Shown: positions 13,628-26,420 of the stretch, piece by piece
Numbering within the stretch: position 1 is the stretch's first letter
Layout of the letters: each line of letters opens with the position of its first letter
From: Octopus bimaculoides
Taxonomy: Eukaryota
NCBI RefSeq assembly: GCF_001194135.2
Contig: NC_068984.1
Location: forward strand, 76,014,620 to 76,078,619
Direction: 5' to 3'
Length of the DNA: 64,000 nt
The notes under the pieces: generated by a model
The model's database searches: none
The model's input: the letters and a program-made list of their open reading frames with translations, nothing else
What the model was told of the DNA's origin: nothing
Translations under genes and position numbers: made by a program

Positions 13628-13809
13628 TCAACATCAACATCCATTTTCTATACTGACATGGGTTGGATGGCTTGACAGAAACTGGCAAGGCCAGGGGTGC
13701 ATACCAGATTCCATAGTATGTTTTGGTTTGATTTCTACAGCTGGATGCCTTTCCTAATGTCAACCACTTTACAGAATGTACTGGGTGCTTTTCATGTGGC
13801 ACCATCACA
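13628..13809 (-). mobile_element. Older RTE 3'-UTR fragment
   Basis: catgggttggatggcttgac...tttctacagctggatgcctttcctaatgtcaaccac...gggtgcttttcatgtggcac is the reverse complement of 22925-23095. Confidence 0.8.
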
Positions 13810-13898
13810 AGTCCTTAAGTTATAATGTATAAAAAATATTCCTTTTTATACAGAAGGTATAAAAAGAAATATCTTTTCCCCCAATCAATAATATAAAG

Positions 13899-14049
13899 CA
13901 GGCATGGGCAACATTTTGTTTTTCTCAAGAGGTGTGCCACGTGAGATCTGGTTCATCAGGCAGGCCACACTCTAAAACCATTCAAGATTTCTTTTTTTTT
14001 TAATCAGCCATGCCATTTGAAAAGTGCTGCAGGCTGTAGTTTGCTCATG
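13899..14049. mobile_element. hAT-type MITE with 8-bp TSD
   Basis: ATATAAAG at 13891-13898 and 14050-14057; left end CAGGCATGGGCAAC, right end ...GCTGTAGTTTGCTCATG (terminal CCTG missing). Confidence 0.75.
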
Positions 14050-17000
14050 ATATAAAGTCCAAAAACTTCAAAAGTTCACTTGTTCTGGCCTCTACCCACT
14101 ACGCTTATAATTTAAATGTCCAAGAAATTTCAATTGATCAAAGCCACAGAATATCAAATATAAATGGATGAAATATTTTTTTTTTTAAATTTTAAAGCAA
14201 AGATGTAAGAGCCCAGAAAGGTTCAATTCCAGTGATTTCCCACACTGAAATGAGTCCACGGGTTTGTAAGGAAAGAGGCAGTAGACTATTAAACCATTTG
14301 GTACTATATCTCTATTGAAATTCATTGCCTTTATTTCAATGGATTTTGAAAATAACAAAAAATTTAGTAAAATAATTTTGTCATTATCAAGATGGTGTTC
14401 GGAACATAAATTAACATGAAATTTTAATGGTAAGGTTTTATACATATCCCTTTAAAAATAGAGGGGGCAGTCTGAGGTGGCTTGGTATCAGAAGCTCATT
14501 ACTGGACCACTGACAGATTGAAAGGCAAATCAAACTCCAGTACTACTAAAATTAGAACTCAAAACATAGGACAGCAGTAAATTCCATAAAGCAGTTAAAT
14601 TTAATGAAATGCTCACAGTAGATTTGAATCCAAGCCCTGTAAGCTAGTAATCCTATATACTCTTGAGATAAAATAATGAAATGTAACTTCCACGAATACA
14701 TATATTAAGTACAAAGAAGAGAAGTTATTGAACAAACTCCTCTTTGTCATTGAGGTGAATGTTTACATACGTTACCATTTAAATATATTACAATTGTAAA
14801 CATGTTAAGTTAATGGTCTGCACAAATGTTTGATTACCACTTATTTTGCAGACAATAACTTTCTTTTGTGTACTAAAGGTAGGTTGATATTTGCATTAGA
14901 AATACTATTCTCTATAAAACAAAATGACTGGGAAGACTGGATATACTTACAATGTTGGGTACTTAATTTAGTTGTGATGAAAGTATTAGGGAGAGAGATA
15001 AGCTGAAGAGTATGGGTGGGGATCATTAGAAGACTGGGTTTAAGAGAAACAGAATTGAGAATTAATTGAATAAACAATAAGATAAAATGAAATGTAAACA
15101 GTTAAAATAATATTGCTATCAAAAACCAGATGCAATGATGGCAAATTTCATCATTACTATCATCATAATATTCTAACGGAAAATAATATTGACCACAGTA
15201 GGATTTGATCTCAGAACAAGGAGGGAGAGAAGCAGATACAGTAAAGTAACTATTGTAGTGTTACATTGCTTCACCCATCTCCAAGATTTTGTCATATGAC
15301 ATCAGTAAAAATGGGAAATAAAAGTGCATTATTATATTGTATAGGAAATAAAAGTGCATCATATTTTGAAACTTGATTAACTGTTCAAATTAGTGGACAG
15401 TATACTCTTAAAATCTTTTTCATGAAAGACAATATCTATGTTTTAATTAATTGTGGAAAATAATTAAATTGAGTGGGCTTTAGTAAAATAATTAGTAAAT
15501 TAATTTTTCCATTATTAGGCTGGTGTTTAGAACATTACTTAATAAAAAATTTCTTATATGAGTCTAGCATCACATAACCAGATATAGTTTCAGAGAGAGT
15601 TAGTATGCAAGCAACCCCTTTGAAAAAGTTAAAGAAATAACTAGAGTTTTGAACTGCTGCTTAAAAAAAAAAAAGAAAAAGAAAAAAAAAAGAAAACAGC
15701 ACAAATTGAGACATAATTTCCTATCTTATTAGCAGAAAAAAAAAAAAAAAAAAAAAAAAAAGGCAAAACTAAAGGAGAAATAATTTCTTTTGCATAATAT
15801 TTTCTAAACCCAAACACTATGAGTATGACATTAAGGTGCTGACTGACTGACTTCAAGGGTGTTTCTATCTACAATTAAAATAATCTCAGTTGATAAGTTT
15901 TTCAACTTACAATGTAACATGTGTGAACATGCAGCATTTGCTTTTGTGAAGTATTCCTCAGTCATACTGTTACTATTGAACAAAAGCAAAGAATTTGCTT
16001 GCTTTTTTTTTTTTTTGGTTGAGTGATTTAAAATACTCTCAATTTTACAGCTGAGTGATTAGTAGGGAGATCATCTAATTTTAATGAATAATAACTACAC
16101 AGCATCAAGACAGTAGTTTGACCAACTAGAAATATCTTCAAATCACATTCTACCACTTAGAAAAAAAGACGGGCACACTGGCCAATGCAATCCTAAATGT
16201 GCAAGAGGACTGGATAATCATGACTGGAACAACTATGATTTAAAGCGCTGCTCACTCATAGTTGATCAGGAATTACACCACAATAACTTAAAAACTGTTT
16301 TAATGACAAAAAGAGTGACTAATCTGATGCAAAAATCTTCAGTTATGCATCAGCCGCCAACCTATTTTCTCACTGATATCTTATGCTGATATATTGGTAG
16401 AGAGAACATTCATACACATGTTTCTACAGTCTTTATGTATCATCTATTCACAAGGTACTGATCAACTCATGATATCATTGAAGATACTTGCATAAAGTAA
16501 AGGACAATGGAACCAATCCTAGCACCATGTGAATGCAAAATAAATTCCTTAAGCACCTTCACCACACCTGTACCCATGTTCCTTGACAGAAACCTGCCGG
16601 CTTTAATGTGTTCATATTTAAAACCTTCCATGAATTTCATGAAATAATCTGTTTTTGGTTAGGTTTTAAACACTAGATAGAAATAAATGCAATAAAAAAG
16701 AATTATTTTATTGAATTCTTGATTATTTTCAAAGTAGAAACAAAGGCAGTGTAATTTCATTAAAAATACAGTCACAAAAAGTTTAGTGTTGACAATGTTT
16801 ACACATAGAATGAACCCTTGGTGACCCTGATAATTTCAAGATACATGGAAGCAATTTATAATACTGATTTGCTCCAGACTTGTCAAAGCATTTGAGGCAT
16901 ATTTTCTGCAAGTTAACAAAATGTTTGACATATGTATCTCTGATGCTTACAGCTACATGCTGTGGTACACACCATACACAATTACAACTCTGTGAAGTTT

Positions 17001-17639
17001 GGCATTGAAAATTGCCTTTAGTAGAGATCTGAGAATCTGCAAGTGAACAAACACTCGAATGACCTAGCTTGATGCGAGTCACTAACAGAATAAAGTTGAC
17101 TGAATCGAGCTACAAACACATGGAGTGGAACAATTACTTTTTGACATCCAATAGATGAAAGAAAAGCAAAGTTGACTTTGGTGCAGTTTCAACTTTGAAA
17201 TAGAAGACTGAAGAAACAAAATACTGTTGGATATATTACTCTACTGCGCTACTGACTATATGAGATGACAAAATCATTACTTTCTAGTTTGAATTTCCAC
17301 CTCCTGTATATCTTCATGGATTGGCAAATGGTAATGGTGCTACATTCAGAGGCTGAAAAACAGCACTGTACAACAGCATCAATTCAGTGGCAGAGTGAAC
17401 ATCCACCTTTTAGAAAGATTTTATATTGTGTGCTTAGCCCATCAACTGTGGTGTCGTTTCTCATCTTTTTTTCTTTGTGCTAATTCTCACTCCACTGTTT
17501 AAAAGCTACAGCTGTTAAAGGGTAATATATTTGAACTGGCATGCAGTGAGTCATGCTAGAATATGACATCAAAAATAGCAGGAGCGAAATTATCCAAGAT
17601 ACATCAGTGAGCTTGCCACTCATCAACTGGAGAAGCAAG

Positions 17640-17760
17640 TCCATACTGTTGGACAGTGCTGTAGTGTACTAACTGATGGATAAGTTAATTTACTTGGGGT
17701 CTAATTTGGGCCAGATCGCCAGGCGAACAAGAATGAGCAGATGGTCACTCTCATCCAGAA
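17640..17760 (+). mobile_element. Highly decayed LINE RT fragment
   Basis: DKLIYLGSNL resembles the VDKFxYLGS motif of RTE RTs; nothing else is recognisable. Confidence 0.3.
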
Positions 17761-20721
17761 ATGGTCAAAGAAAACATAGCAAACTCTTATACTGCCTCAC
17801 TTATACACACACACACACCAAAGAGAATTCGCTTCTCTTTATTGTTGTGCTGATCTTTTTTTTTGGACAAGGTTCTCATGGCTGGGTGTCCTTCCTACAA
17901 CCTGAACCGAATGCATTTTATTGGGCCACTTGGACTAGAGAGCTATGGAAAATCAAGAGAACCCTCTACTCGGTAACAGTTACTATTTGGTATTGCTGCT
18001 CTTTTGTGAAAATGTTAACAATTCTGTAGGTTGAATGGACCTCTGACAAACCTGTAGATTTCAAAAACATAGGAATTTATATTCTTTGCTTACTCCAGCC
18101 ATGTTAAAGTATTTGAGCAAAGCTGTTTCATTTACACTTACAAACTCCATGTTTCCACTGTCCATTGTTTTTAAAATAAATTCTATGGTTAGATGCTTTT
18201 CCTAACACCAACTACTTTACATTGTTGACTGGGTACATTTTATTATTAACACATGAAAGACTGTGTGTAACTAGTCTAAAGAGCATACTTTATAGTAAAA
18301 GCTAACTTCTTATTCTAAAAACAACTTGTTAGTAAAACTAAAGAATAGAGTAACATATGATGTAATATAATAGTTTGTCTTTAATTCATTTTTGTTTTCA
18401 TTCTCTAAATATAAACAAATTTTATAGTACTGAACTTCAAGCATTTTCATAACTTAATAAGGTCAATATTTTTAACTAAATTACTTTGCACCCAATTTAT
18501 GGTATAAATAACACCCAGTAATAATATGTGAGTCAATGTTTAGCAACTTAAGTAGGTATAATTTACTTTACCACACTTTGTTGGTAACTAATGATTCCTA
18601 AGAAACAAAGCTGTAACAATTTAAATAGCTATTAGTTAACAAGCAATACTTAAATATCTGAGTTGAAGAAGCCTACGTTACCAAATACTTTATGCTAAAC
18701 AACAAGCAAACAAATGAGAAGGCTTCTACACAGCTGATTGACTTGCAAGAAACAGCAACCAAATTTCTTTCAAATTACTGCCTTAAAAATAGAATGACAC
18801 ATTGCATAATGTAGTAATAGTTGGAAGTAATTCAATCAAACACTTGTTTGAACAGGGTCAGCCTGAAGCTAAACAACATCTATGTAAACATGGTTAATGA
18901 GGAAGCATCTGAGTGGATTCTCAACTTGCTACAAATAGCAAGAAATTGCTATCTTCAAATCACAATTCTCAGATATTTCCTTATCATTGTAGAAAAACAA
19001 AAAAAGGACACACATATTAGGCAATATAGTACATGATGCATTGGCTGGATAAAAGACAAAATGGTCATCGTTGAAGCACATTAGATCACAGATTTGCTAG
19101 CTGAGCACTGAGCTGGAATCAAACAACAACTAACAAATTTACAAGCATTTGAGTAACACTGGTTTGAAAATGCACACAGCAGTGCATGCGATTACCATAC
19201 CATAAATAAGCTGTATAAACCTTGTAGAAGTTTTGAAAATTTTTTTTTTCATCTGTCACATGTTTGAAGCCTTGCAGGTCAACTACTGGTCTTAAGAGAC
19301 ATCTTAGAAAATACAGACTTAATGGAGATTATTGGGATGATATAAGATTTATTGAGATGGCTAACCATCTGTCAACATGAAGCAATCATATAAAACACAC
19401 ACATGCAGAAAGAGAGGGAAATAATAATGAGAAGACAGACAGACAGGGGGGAAATAGTACAAATACATATATGGTAACTTGTCCTGGGAGGGCAGTGACT
19501 GAATAAAAATTGATTCATGATAGTGGTAACTTGCAGAAAAACTCTCTTGCTGATGGCACAATACATCCAGCCACACCAAAAGAAAAAAAAAATGGAAGAA
19601 ACAAAAGGGACATGGATCCCTTAAGTTGTAGAAAAAGTTACTAGTCAAAACGAAGGGTAAAACTGAATAGAAACTGATTGAGAGCGGAGATGACTTGTTA
19701 GTTCTGTCACAGGTACTCAATATAGAAGCATCCAGTCAGTAATAAGAAGGGCAACCAACCACAAATACAGGCCAGGACTGGCTAAATGCCAAAGAATAGT
19801 GCCACAATATGTGGTGTGTTCTGACCAAACCATCTCAGGATAGAAAGATAGACATTAAATGATAAAAGAGGGTAAGACAGCTTTTGTGTGTGTGCACGCA
19901 CACGCATGCACACAGAGAGATAAAAGAAATAGAATGAATGTATACACAAAGATATGCATGAATGAATGAATGTATATGAGTGAGTGTGTGAGCTCATTTC
20001 CACTTCCCACTTATTTTTTCCAACATTTTTATGTTTCTCCACCACTGTCTGACACTGAGTCTACCTAGATGAGAAACAGGTTCCACTACTGCTTTGAACT
20101 TTGATGATTAATTATGCCAGGTGCTTTCCAACAACACAACTGCTACAACAAATAGCAAATATTTAGGGTTTAAAAAAAAATAACAACAAAAAGACTTGAA
20201 TAAAAGAATGAAAGTTAGTATGGGAAAATAAATGTAAAAATAAACAGTGAGGGGAAGAATCCAGAATTAAATACACGAATTACAACAGTTCCTCTCCAGC
20301 TTAATTCATATCGAAAAGAACATAGTGCAAAAGTATTAACTGTTTCAGTCAAGACCAGTCCTTACTTTGTTCCCCCCCCCCCTAGATATATAATGTATCT
20401 CGGACTACATTATTCCAATATGGCATTCATTTATTTTTAACTGACTGCTTCCCACCACCTCTTAAACGTGTAATATGATTAATTCAGTCAATGTAAACCC
20501 ATTTTCTCATTCATAAATCATTTATAGCCAATAGTATAGATTTTCTTTTAGGATGTATTAATATTCTCAGTATGTATTTAAGCATTATACTGTCTTAATT
20601 AAAAACCCACATGCATCATTTTCAAGTTCTAAATAAGATTTTCATTAACTTCTAAAACTAACTCCTTTTGCTATTTTAGAATGTATTAAAATTTTTGCAA
20701 TATGTATGTATCTAAGCACAG

Positions 20722-23095
20722 TATGTGAGAGAAAATTGTGATGTTACAGGAGAGAAATGTGTCCGCATGGATGGTGGTGCACTTGTTTTTAATGATTCTG
20801 CAAAGAAAGAGGCTTGGAGATGCCATTATGAAAGGCTGCTGAATGTGGAGAATGAATGGGAGGAGGAGAGCCTGCCAAATGTTGATCCAGTCGAGGGACC
20901 AGCTCCCCGAATCGATAGCACCATGGTAGATAAAGCAATTAAGGATATGAAGTCAAGAAAAGCCCCCGGCCCATCAGGAATCACTGCTGAGATGCTTAAA
21001 ATATCTGGTGGTGTGGGTTATGGTCTAGTCACCTGTATTGTAAATCAGGTGATACATGAAGGAGTCATACCCAAAGACTGGCATACCAGCACCATAGTCA
21101 ACTGCTACAAAGATAAAGGTGATGCTTTAGATAGAACTACAGGGGTATCAAACTGCTAGAACAAGTGATGAAGGTCATGGAGAGGGTCATAGCTCGACTA
21201 ATTAGGGAGAGTGTCTGCTTAGATGAGATGCAGTTCAGTTTTGTGCCAGGTAGAAGCACCACTGACGCTATATTTCTTGTAAGGCAACTGCAGAAGAAAT
21301 ACCTAGCCAAAGATAAACCCCTATACTTGGCTCTTGTTGACTTGGGAGAAAGCCTTTGACAGGGACCCCGATCCCTCATCTGGTGGGCTATGTGGAAACT
21401 AGGGATAGACGAGTGGTTAATAAGAGCTGTACAGGCCCTATACAGGGATGCTGCCAGTAAGGTAAGGGTCGGCAATGAGTATAGTGAAGAATTCCAGGTA
21501 GAAGTAGGGATCAGTCTTCAGCCCCTTCATTCATCATAGTCCTCCAGGCAATAACAGAGGAATTCAAGACAGGCTGCCCCTGGGAGCTCCTCTATGCTGA
21601 TGAACTTTCTCTCATAGCTGAATCACTACCAGAACTAGAGAAGAAATTTCAGGTGTGGAAGCAAGGTTTAGAATAGAAGGGCCTTAGAGTCAATGTTGCA
21701 AAAATAAAAGTCCCAGCAAGTAGGAAGGCAAACAAATCACAAACCCTTTCAGGTAGATGGCCCTGCTCAATCTGTAGAAAATGTGCAGGTAGAAACTTCA
21801 TAAGATGTACCCACTGTGAGCTATGGATGCGTGAGAGGTGCAACAACATCAAAGGAAGGTTAACCGGGATGATAGTTTTTGTGTGAGCAGACGCACAGGG
21901 GCAATAAACACCGAAGATGCTCAGAAGACAGATTCCATCACATGCCAGGGGGAGAGACTAGAAGTAGTTGATAGCTCCTGTTACCTAGGTAACCAAGCCT
22001 GTAGTGGGGGTGGATGCTTGAGGAGCATTGCCACTAGAATAAGAATAGCCTGGGCAAAGTTCAGAAAGCTCCTACCTGTACTGGTGACAAAGGGCCTCTT
22101 GCTCAGAATGTGCATACTGCCATGTTACACGGCAGTGAAAAATGGGCCATGGCAGTTGAAGACATACGTATGCTTGAAAGAATTGAAGATAGTATGATCC
22201 GCTGGATGTGTAATGTCAGTGTGCACACACAACTGAGTGTAAGTGCCCTGAGAGAAATGTTGGACATAAAAAGCATCAGATGCGGCGTGCAAGAGAGACA
22301 ACTGCGCTGGTATGGTCACGTGCTGTGTATGGATGAGAAGAGTTGTGTGAAGAAGTGTCACTCCCTAACAGTGGAAGGAACCCGTGGAAGAGGGAGACCC
22401 AGGAAGACATGGGATGAGGTGGTGAAGCACGACCGTCAAATGTTGGGCCTTACAGAGGCAATGACAAGTGACTGAAACCTCTGGAGATATACTGTGATTG
22501 AGAAGACCCGGAAGTAAAGTGAGATCACATCCATAGCCTATACGAGTGTCGCATAACCAGCCCATTTAAAAAGTACCTTTGAATCATGGGCGACATGCCA
22601 TACTTGAGGAGACCTATTGAGTCAAAATCAAAAACACAATCAGAATCTCAATCAAATCGAAATCAGAAATGGAAATTGTAGGAGTGGCCGATGCCAGTAC
22701 TGCCTGACTGGCTCCCGTACTGGTAGCAAGCAATAAGCACCATTCATGCGTGGGTCATTTGCCAGTGCTGCCTGACTGGCTTCCTGCGCCGGTGGCACAT
22801 AAAAAGTGCAATCCGAACATGGTTGATGACAGCCCCTCCCCTTCCCCAAGCTCCTGTGCTGGTAGCACGTAAAAAGCACCAGCTGAACGTGGCTGGTACC
22901 AGTTCTGTCTGACTGGCCTCCATGACAGTGGCACATAAAAAGCACCCACTGCACTCTCAGAGTGGTTGGCGTTAGGAAGGACATCCAGCTGTAGAAACAT
23001 TGCCAGATGCAGCCTCCTGGCTTGCCAGTCCCCAGTCAAACCATCCAACCCATGCCAACATGGAAAACGGATGTTAAACGATGATGATGATGATG
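20722..23095 (+). mobile_element. 5'-truncated, frameshifted RTE-clade LINE (RT region, C-terminus, 3' UTR, (GAT)n tail)
   Basis: ORF fragments carry RTE-type motifs KAPGPSGITAEMLK, QFSFVPGRSTTDAIF, LVDL(EKAFD), LLYADE (YADD equivalent), CYLG, LRWYGHV and RGRGRPRKTW; ends ...GTTAAACGATGATGATGATG. Confidence 0.95.
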
Positions 23096-23990
23096 CTTTG
23101 GAGTAAATTAACCAAATTTATTCATAAAGAATGCAAAGTGAGAGGCAAAACCAAAATTTTAATACTAATGACTTAAAACAAAATTTGGATATAATCCTTT
23201 GAACTTATCCCAGTACTTAACAAGTGCTTATTTCATTGACTCCACCACAAGGACGAAAAGCAAAGTAAAATTCATCAGGATTTGATCATAATCGTCTGTC
23301 AATTCTAGCATTTTACCTACTGTTAAAGAAGGAAATTGGAACTAAAACTGTGTGATGCCAATGAATTTCTCAAGAAATGTAAATGGTTACAAGTACAATG
23401 AGAAACTTGGTTTTAGTTTACTCCTTATTATCCACCTGATTTTGTTAGTGAAATATTAAAAGAAAATTGAAAGAAAATAAGATCTTGATGAAGTAGAGTA
23501 AATGACTGTCTTAAAATATTTAACATAGGAAAATGACTAAGAAGCACATAAAAAAGAAGTTGGCTGAGATATTTTACTCATAGAAGACAGAATAAATGTA
23601 GGAATTACAGAGATTATCAACACAGAGTTTTACAAAGTAGTTTCTTTATACAGTTGTTTTCGATGGTCTGATCATCCCTGATCCAGCAGAGATGTACTGA
23701 AAGGCCTCAGATCATTCCCCGATCCAGTAGAGATGTACTGAACAACACTCCAATCATGACAAACCCATTTCTTCATGAATGCATTAAATAATGCACCATC
23801 ACTATTTGGGATGTAATTTGAGAATTGGCTGCTATTTCTAGCAGGTTGGGCAACCTCATATACACAGCATAAGGAAAAGTGAAAGCATGAATTTTATGTG
23901 AACAAAAAGGAGCAATCAATGCTTTGCCAACAATATCAAAGTTTTCGAGACCTACACAAAAATCAGATTGAGAGAAGACAAAGGTTTTAA

Positions 23991-24177
23991 TTAGATTACC
24001 CTGTCTAATGTAATGCTTATTTATTCACCTTGTTTTCAATTAATTATGCATTATCTCAGTGCTTTAAAATTTTGATGTGATATATTTAGAATGATATTGT
24101 AGGGTCGGTGTGAGAGGCATGATCTGGTCATTTTGAACATAAAACAAGTAGAATATTTGGGTCTGAATGCTAAAGGG
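23991..24177. mobile_element. piggyBac-type MITE, family A (one TIR deleted)
   Basis: Body matches the 54645 copy; ends GAATGCTAAAGGG + TTAA 24178-24181; TTAA at 23987-23990. Confidence 0.75.
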
Positions 24178-24392
24178 TTAAATGTACTTTGCCTTGCAGT
24201 ATTCTTAGTAAGAGAAATAACATCATTTACTAAGTAATAAGGGAAAGAAAATGTGAAAAAACTGTTCAAAGATATGCAAGATGAGCCCCTTGTAGCATTC
24301 GTCAAGTGAACTTATGTACTGATTGTCTTCAGCCATACCACATAGCTAATTTTCTAGATATATATAGGAAGTAATTTTTAGCAAGATATATA

Positions 24393-24792
24393 CTCTCTCT
24401 CTTTTACTTGTTTCAGTCATTTGACTGTGGCCATGCTGGAGCACCGCCTATAGTCGAGCAAATCGACCCCAGGATTTCTTCTTTGTAAGCCTAGTACTTA
24501 TTCTATCGGTCTCTTTTTGCCGAACCGCTAAGTTACGGGGACGTAAACACACCAGCATCGGTTGTCATGCGATGCTGGGGGGACAAACACAGACACACAA
24601 ACATATATATATATATATATACTTATATACGATGGGCTTCTTTCAGTTTCCGTCTACCAAATCCACTCACAAGGCTTTGGTCGGCCCAAGGTTATAGTAG
24701 AAGACACCTGCCCAAGGTGCCATGCAGTGGGACTGAACCCGGAACCATGTGGTTAGTAAGCAAGCTACTTACCACACAGCCACTCCTGCACC
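24393..24792 (-). mobile_element. Full-length, young tRNA-derived CORE-type SINE (Octopus OR-like) with CR1-type tail
   Basis: A box TGGCTGTGTGG, B box GGTTCAGTCCC, CORE-like GGCACCTTGGGCAGGTGTCTT, internal (TA)/(TG) tract, tail AGGCGGTGCTCCAGCATGGCCACAG; TATATA on both flanks (24387-24392, 24793-24798); many CpGs retained. Confidence 0.9.
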
Positions 24793-25684
24793 TATATATT
24801 CTTCATTTTTTGTATGCATTCATATTTTATGTTAATTTTGTATTGAATTAAAATATTATACGTTATCCTTCAAGTCAACAAAATTACTTTTATAAAACAG
24901 CATTTAATCTGTAATTATTGCAGAAAAATGTTATAGAAATTTCATTAAAACTGAAGCATTGGAAGTTGTTTAAACATAAGACGTTTATTAGTAAATATCT
25001 TAAAAGTCCATTTTGGATATAAGGGTGTAGACATATAGTCATTTGGGCTGCAAATGGAATTTTTTTTTTTTTTTTGAGAAATGAATAATTAATAAAGCTG
25101 TTAAGATAGTGTGGATCAAGTAAGTGTACAGTAAAAAAATCTAATTTACACATTATATAAGGGAAAAGAAAAACAAAACTTGTCAGAATAAAGCAAAACA
25201 AAAGAAAAAGATGCAATTAAAAACATTAGATATACAAAGAGAGAAGGTTGAGATGGGAGAGTAGAGATGATGTGTATGTATCAATCAAACAGTTCTTTCC
25301 AGAAGGCATGCTGCATAATAACAATAGCCTGAAAGCAATATTAGAAATGAATTGTTTGCAGCTCCTTTGGCACAAAAGAATCAACAAACGTAGTCATGCT
25401 AGACTGCAATCAGGCAGTGGATGCTTAGTTGATGCCACCATGTATGTGCAGTCAAGCTTATTACATATGTAGTGCACCTGCAGTATGAAGAATAGTGGTA
25501 CATTCAAGAAGAGAAAGCCAGAAAGCAGTTAGTAGATAAAAAGCTTCTTTACTTGCTGGCTTCCTTGGAAATTTTAGAAACTAAACAAACATTGGAGAAA
25601 GCCTGTTTCTAATTACTATTACACCGAGGAAAATTTTTCTTTTACAGATTAAAAAGTAAAAATATAATACCAGGTATCTATTTT

Positions 25685-26045
25685 TTACCTTGTTTCAGTC
25701 ATTGGACTATGGTCATTTTGGAGCACTGCTTTATGGGGTTTAGTTGAACAAATCAATCCTAGTCCTTATTTTAAAGCCTGAGACTTTGGTCCCCTATTGG
25801 TCCCCTATGTCAAAATAATTTACAGGGATGTAAACAAACCAACACAAGTTATCAAGCAATGGTGGGGAACAAAACACACACACACATATATTACAGGCTC
25901 TCACACAGTTTCTACCTAGCAAATTCATTCACAAGGCATTGTTTGGTCTGGAGTTATATCAGAAGGCACGCCCAAGGTGCCACACAGAATAACTGAACCT
26001 AAAATCACATGGTTGCAAAGTGAGCTTCTTAACCATACAACATTC
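25685..26045 (-). mobile_element. Decayed full-length OR-like SINE
   Basis: Collinear with 24393-24792 from tail (cttgtttcagtcattggactatggtc) to head (cccaaggtgccacacag...aaccatacaa). Confidence 0.8.
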
Positions 26046-26065
26046 CTAATTCATATTTTTTTTTT

Positions 26066-26420
26066 ACAAGTTTCAGTCACTAGATTCCAGCCTTGCTGGA
26101 ACACCACCTTGAAGGATTTTAGTCAATCAGATCAATCCTAGAAATTATTTCAGTTTCCATTTGTTGAAATTAATCATGGGACAAAAAGTGACATAACACA
26201 AACAACAACACTATTCTATTTTTTTTTTAAATTGGTATAAACAAAAACACACACACACACACAACAGGATTGTTCTCTATTTCCATCTACCAAATTCCAT
26301 TCACAAAACAGCAATCAACTCATGGTTAGGGTACAAGACACTTGCCCAAAATATTGTACAGTAAGATCAGATCCTGTACCACATGGATGCAAAGAGAACT
26401 TTATGACACAGCTATGCCTG
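26066..26420 (-). mobile_element. Decayed OR-like SINE, directly adjacent to the previous copy
   Basis: tttcagtcactagattccagccttgctgga...tttccatctaccaaattcc...acaagacacttgcccaaa...acacagctatgcctg. Confidence 0.75.

Noticed and set aside
22685-22960. Repeated units as a CRISPR-like array
   Set aside because: Eukaryotic LINE 3' UTR; units are degenerate, with no unique spacers of regular length and no cas genes.
24730-24792. tRNA genes at A/B-box-containing segments (also 30931, 48420, 60000)
   Set aside because: No complete cloverleaf; each is joined to a SINE body.
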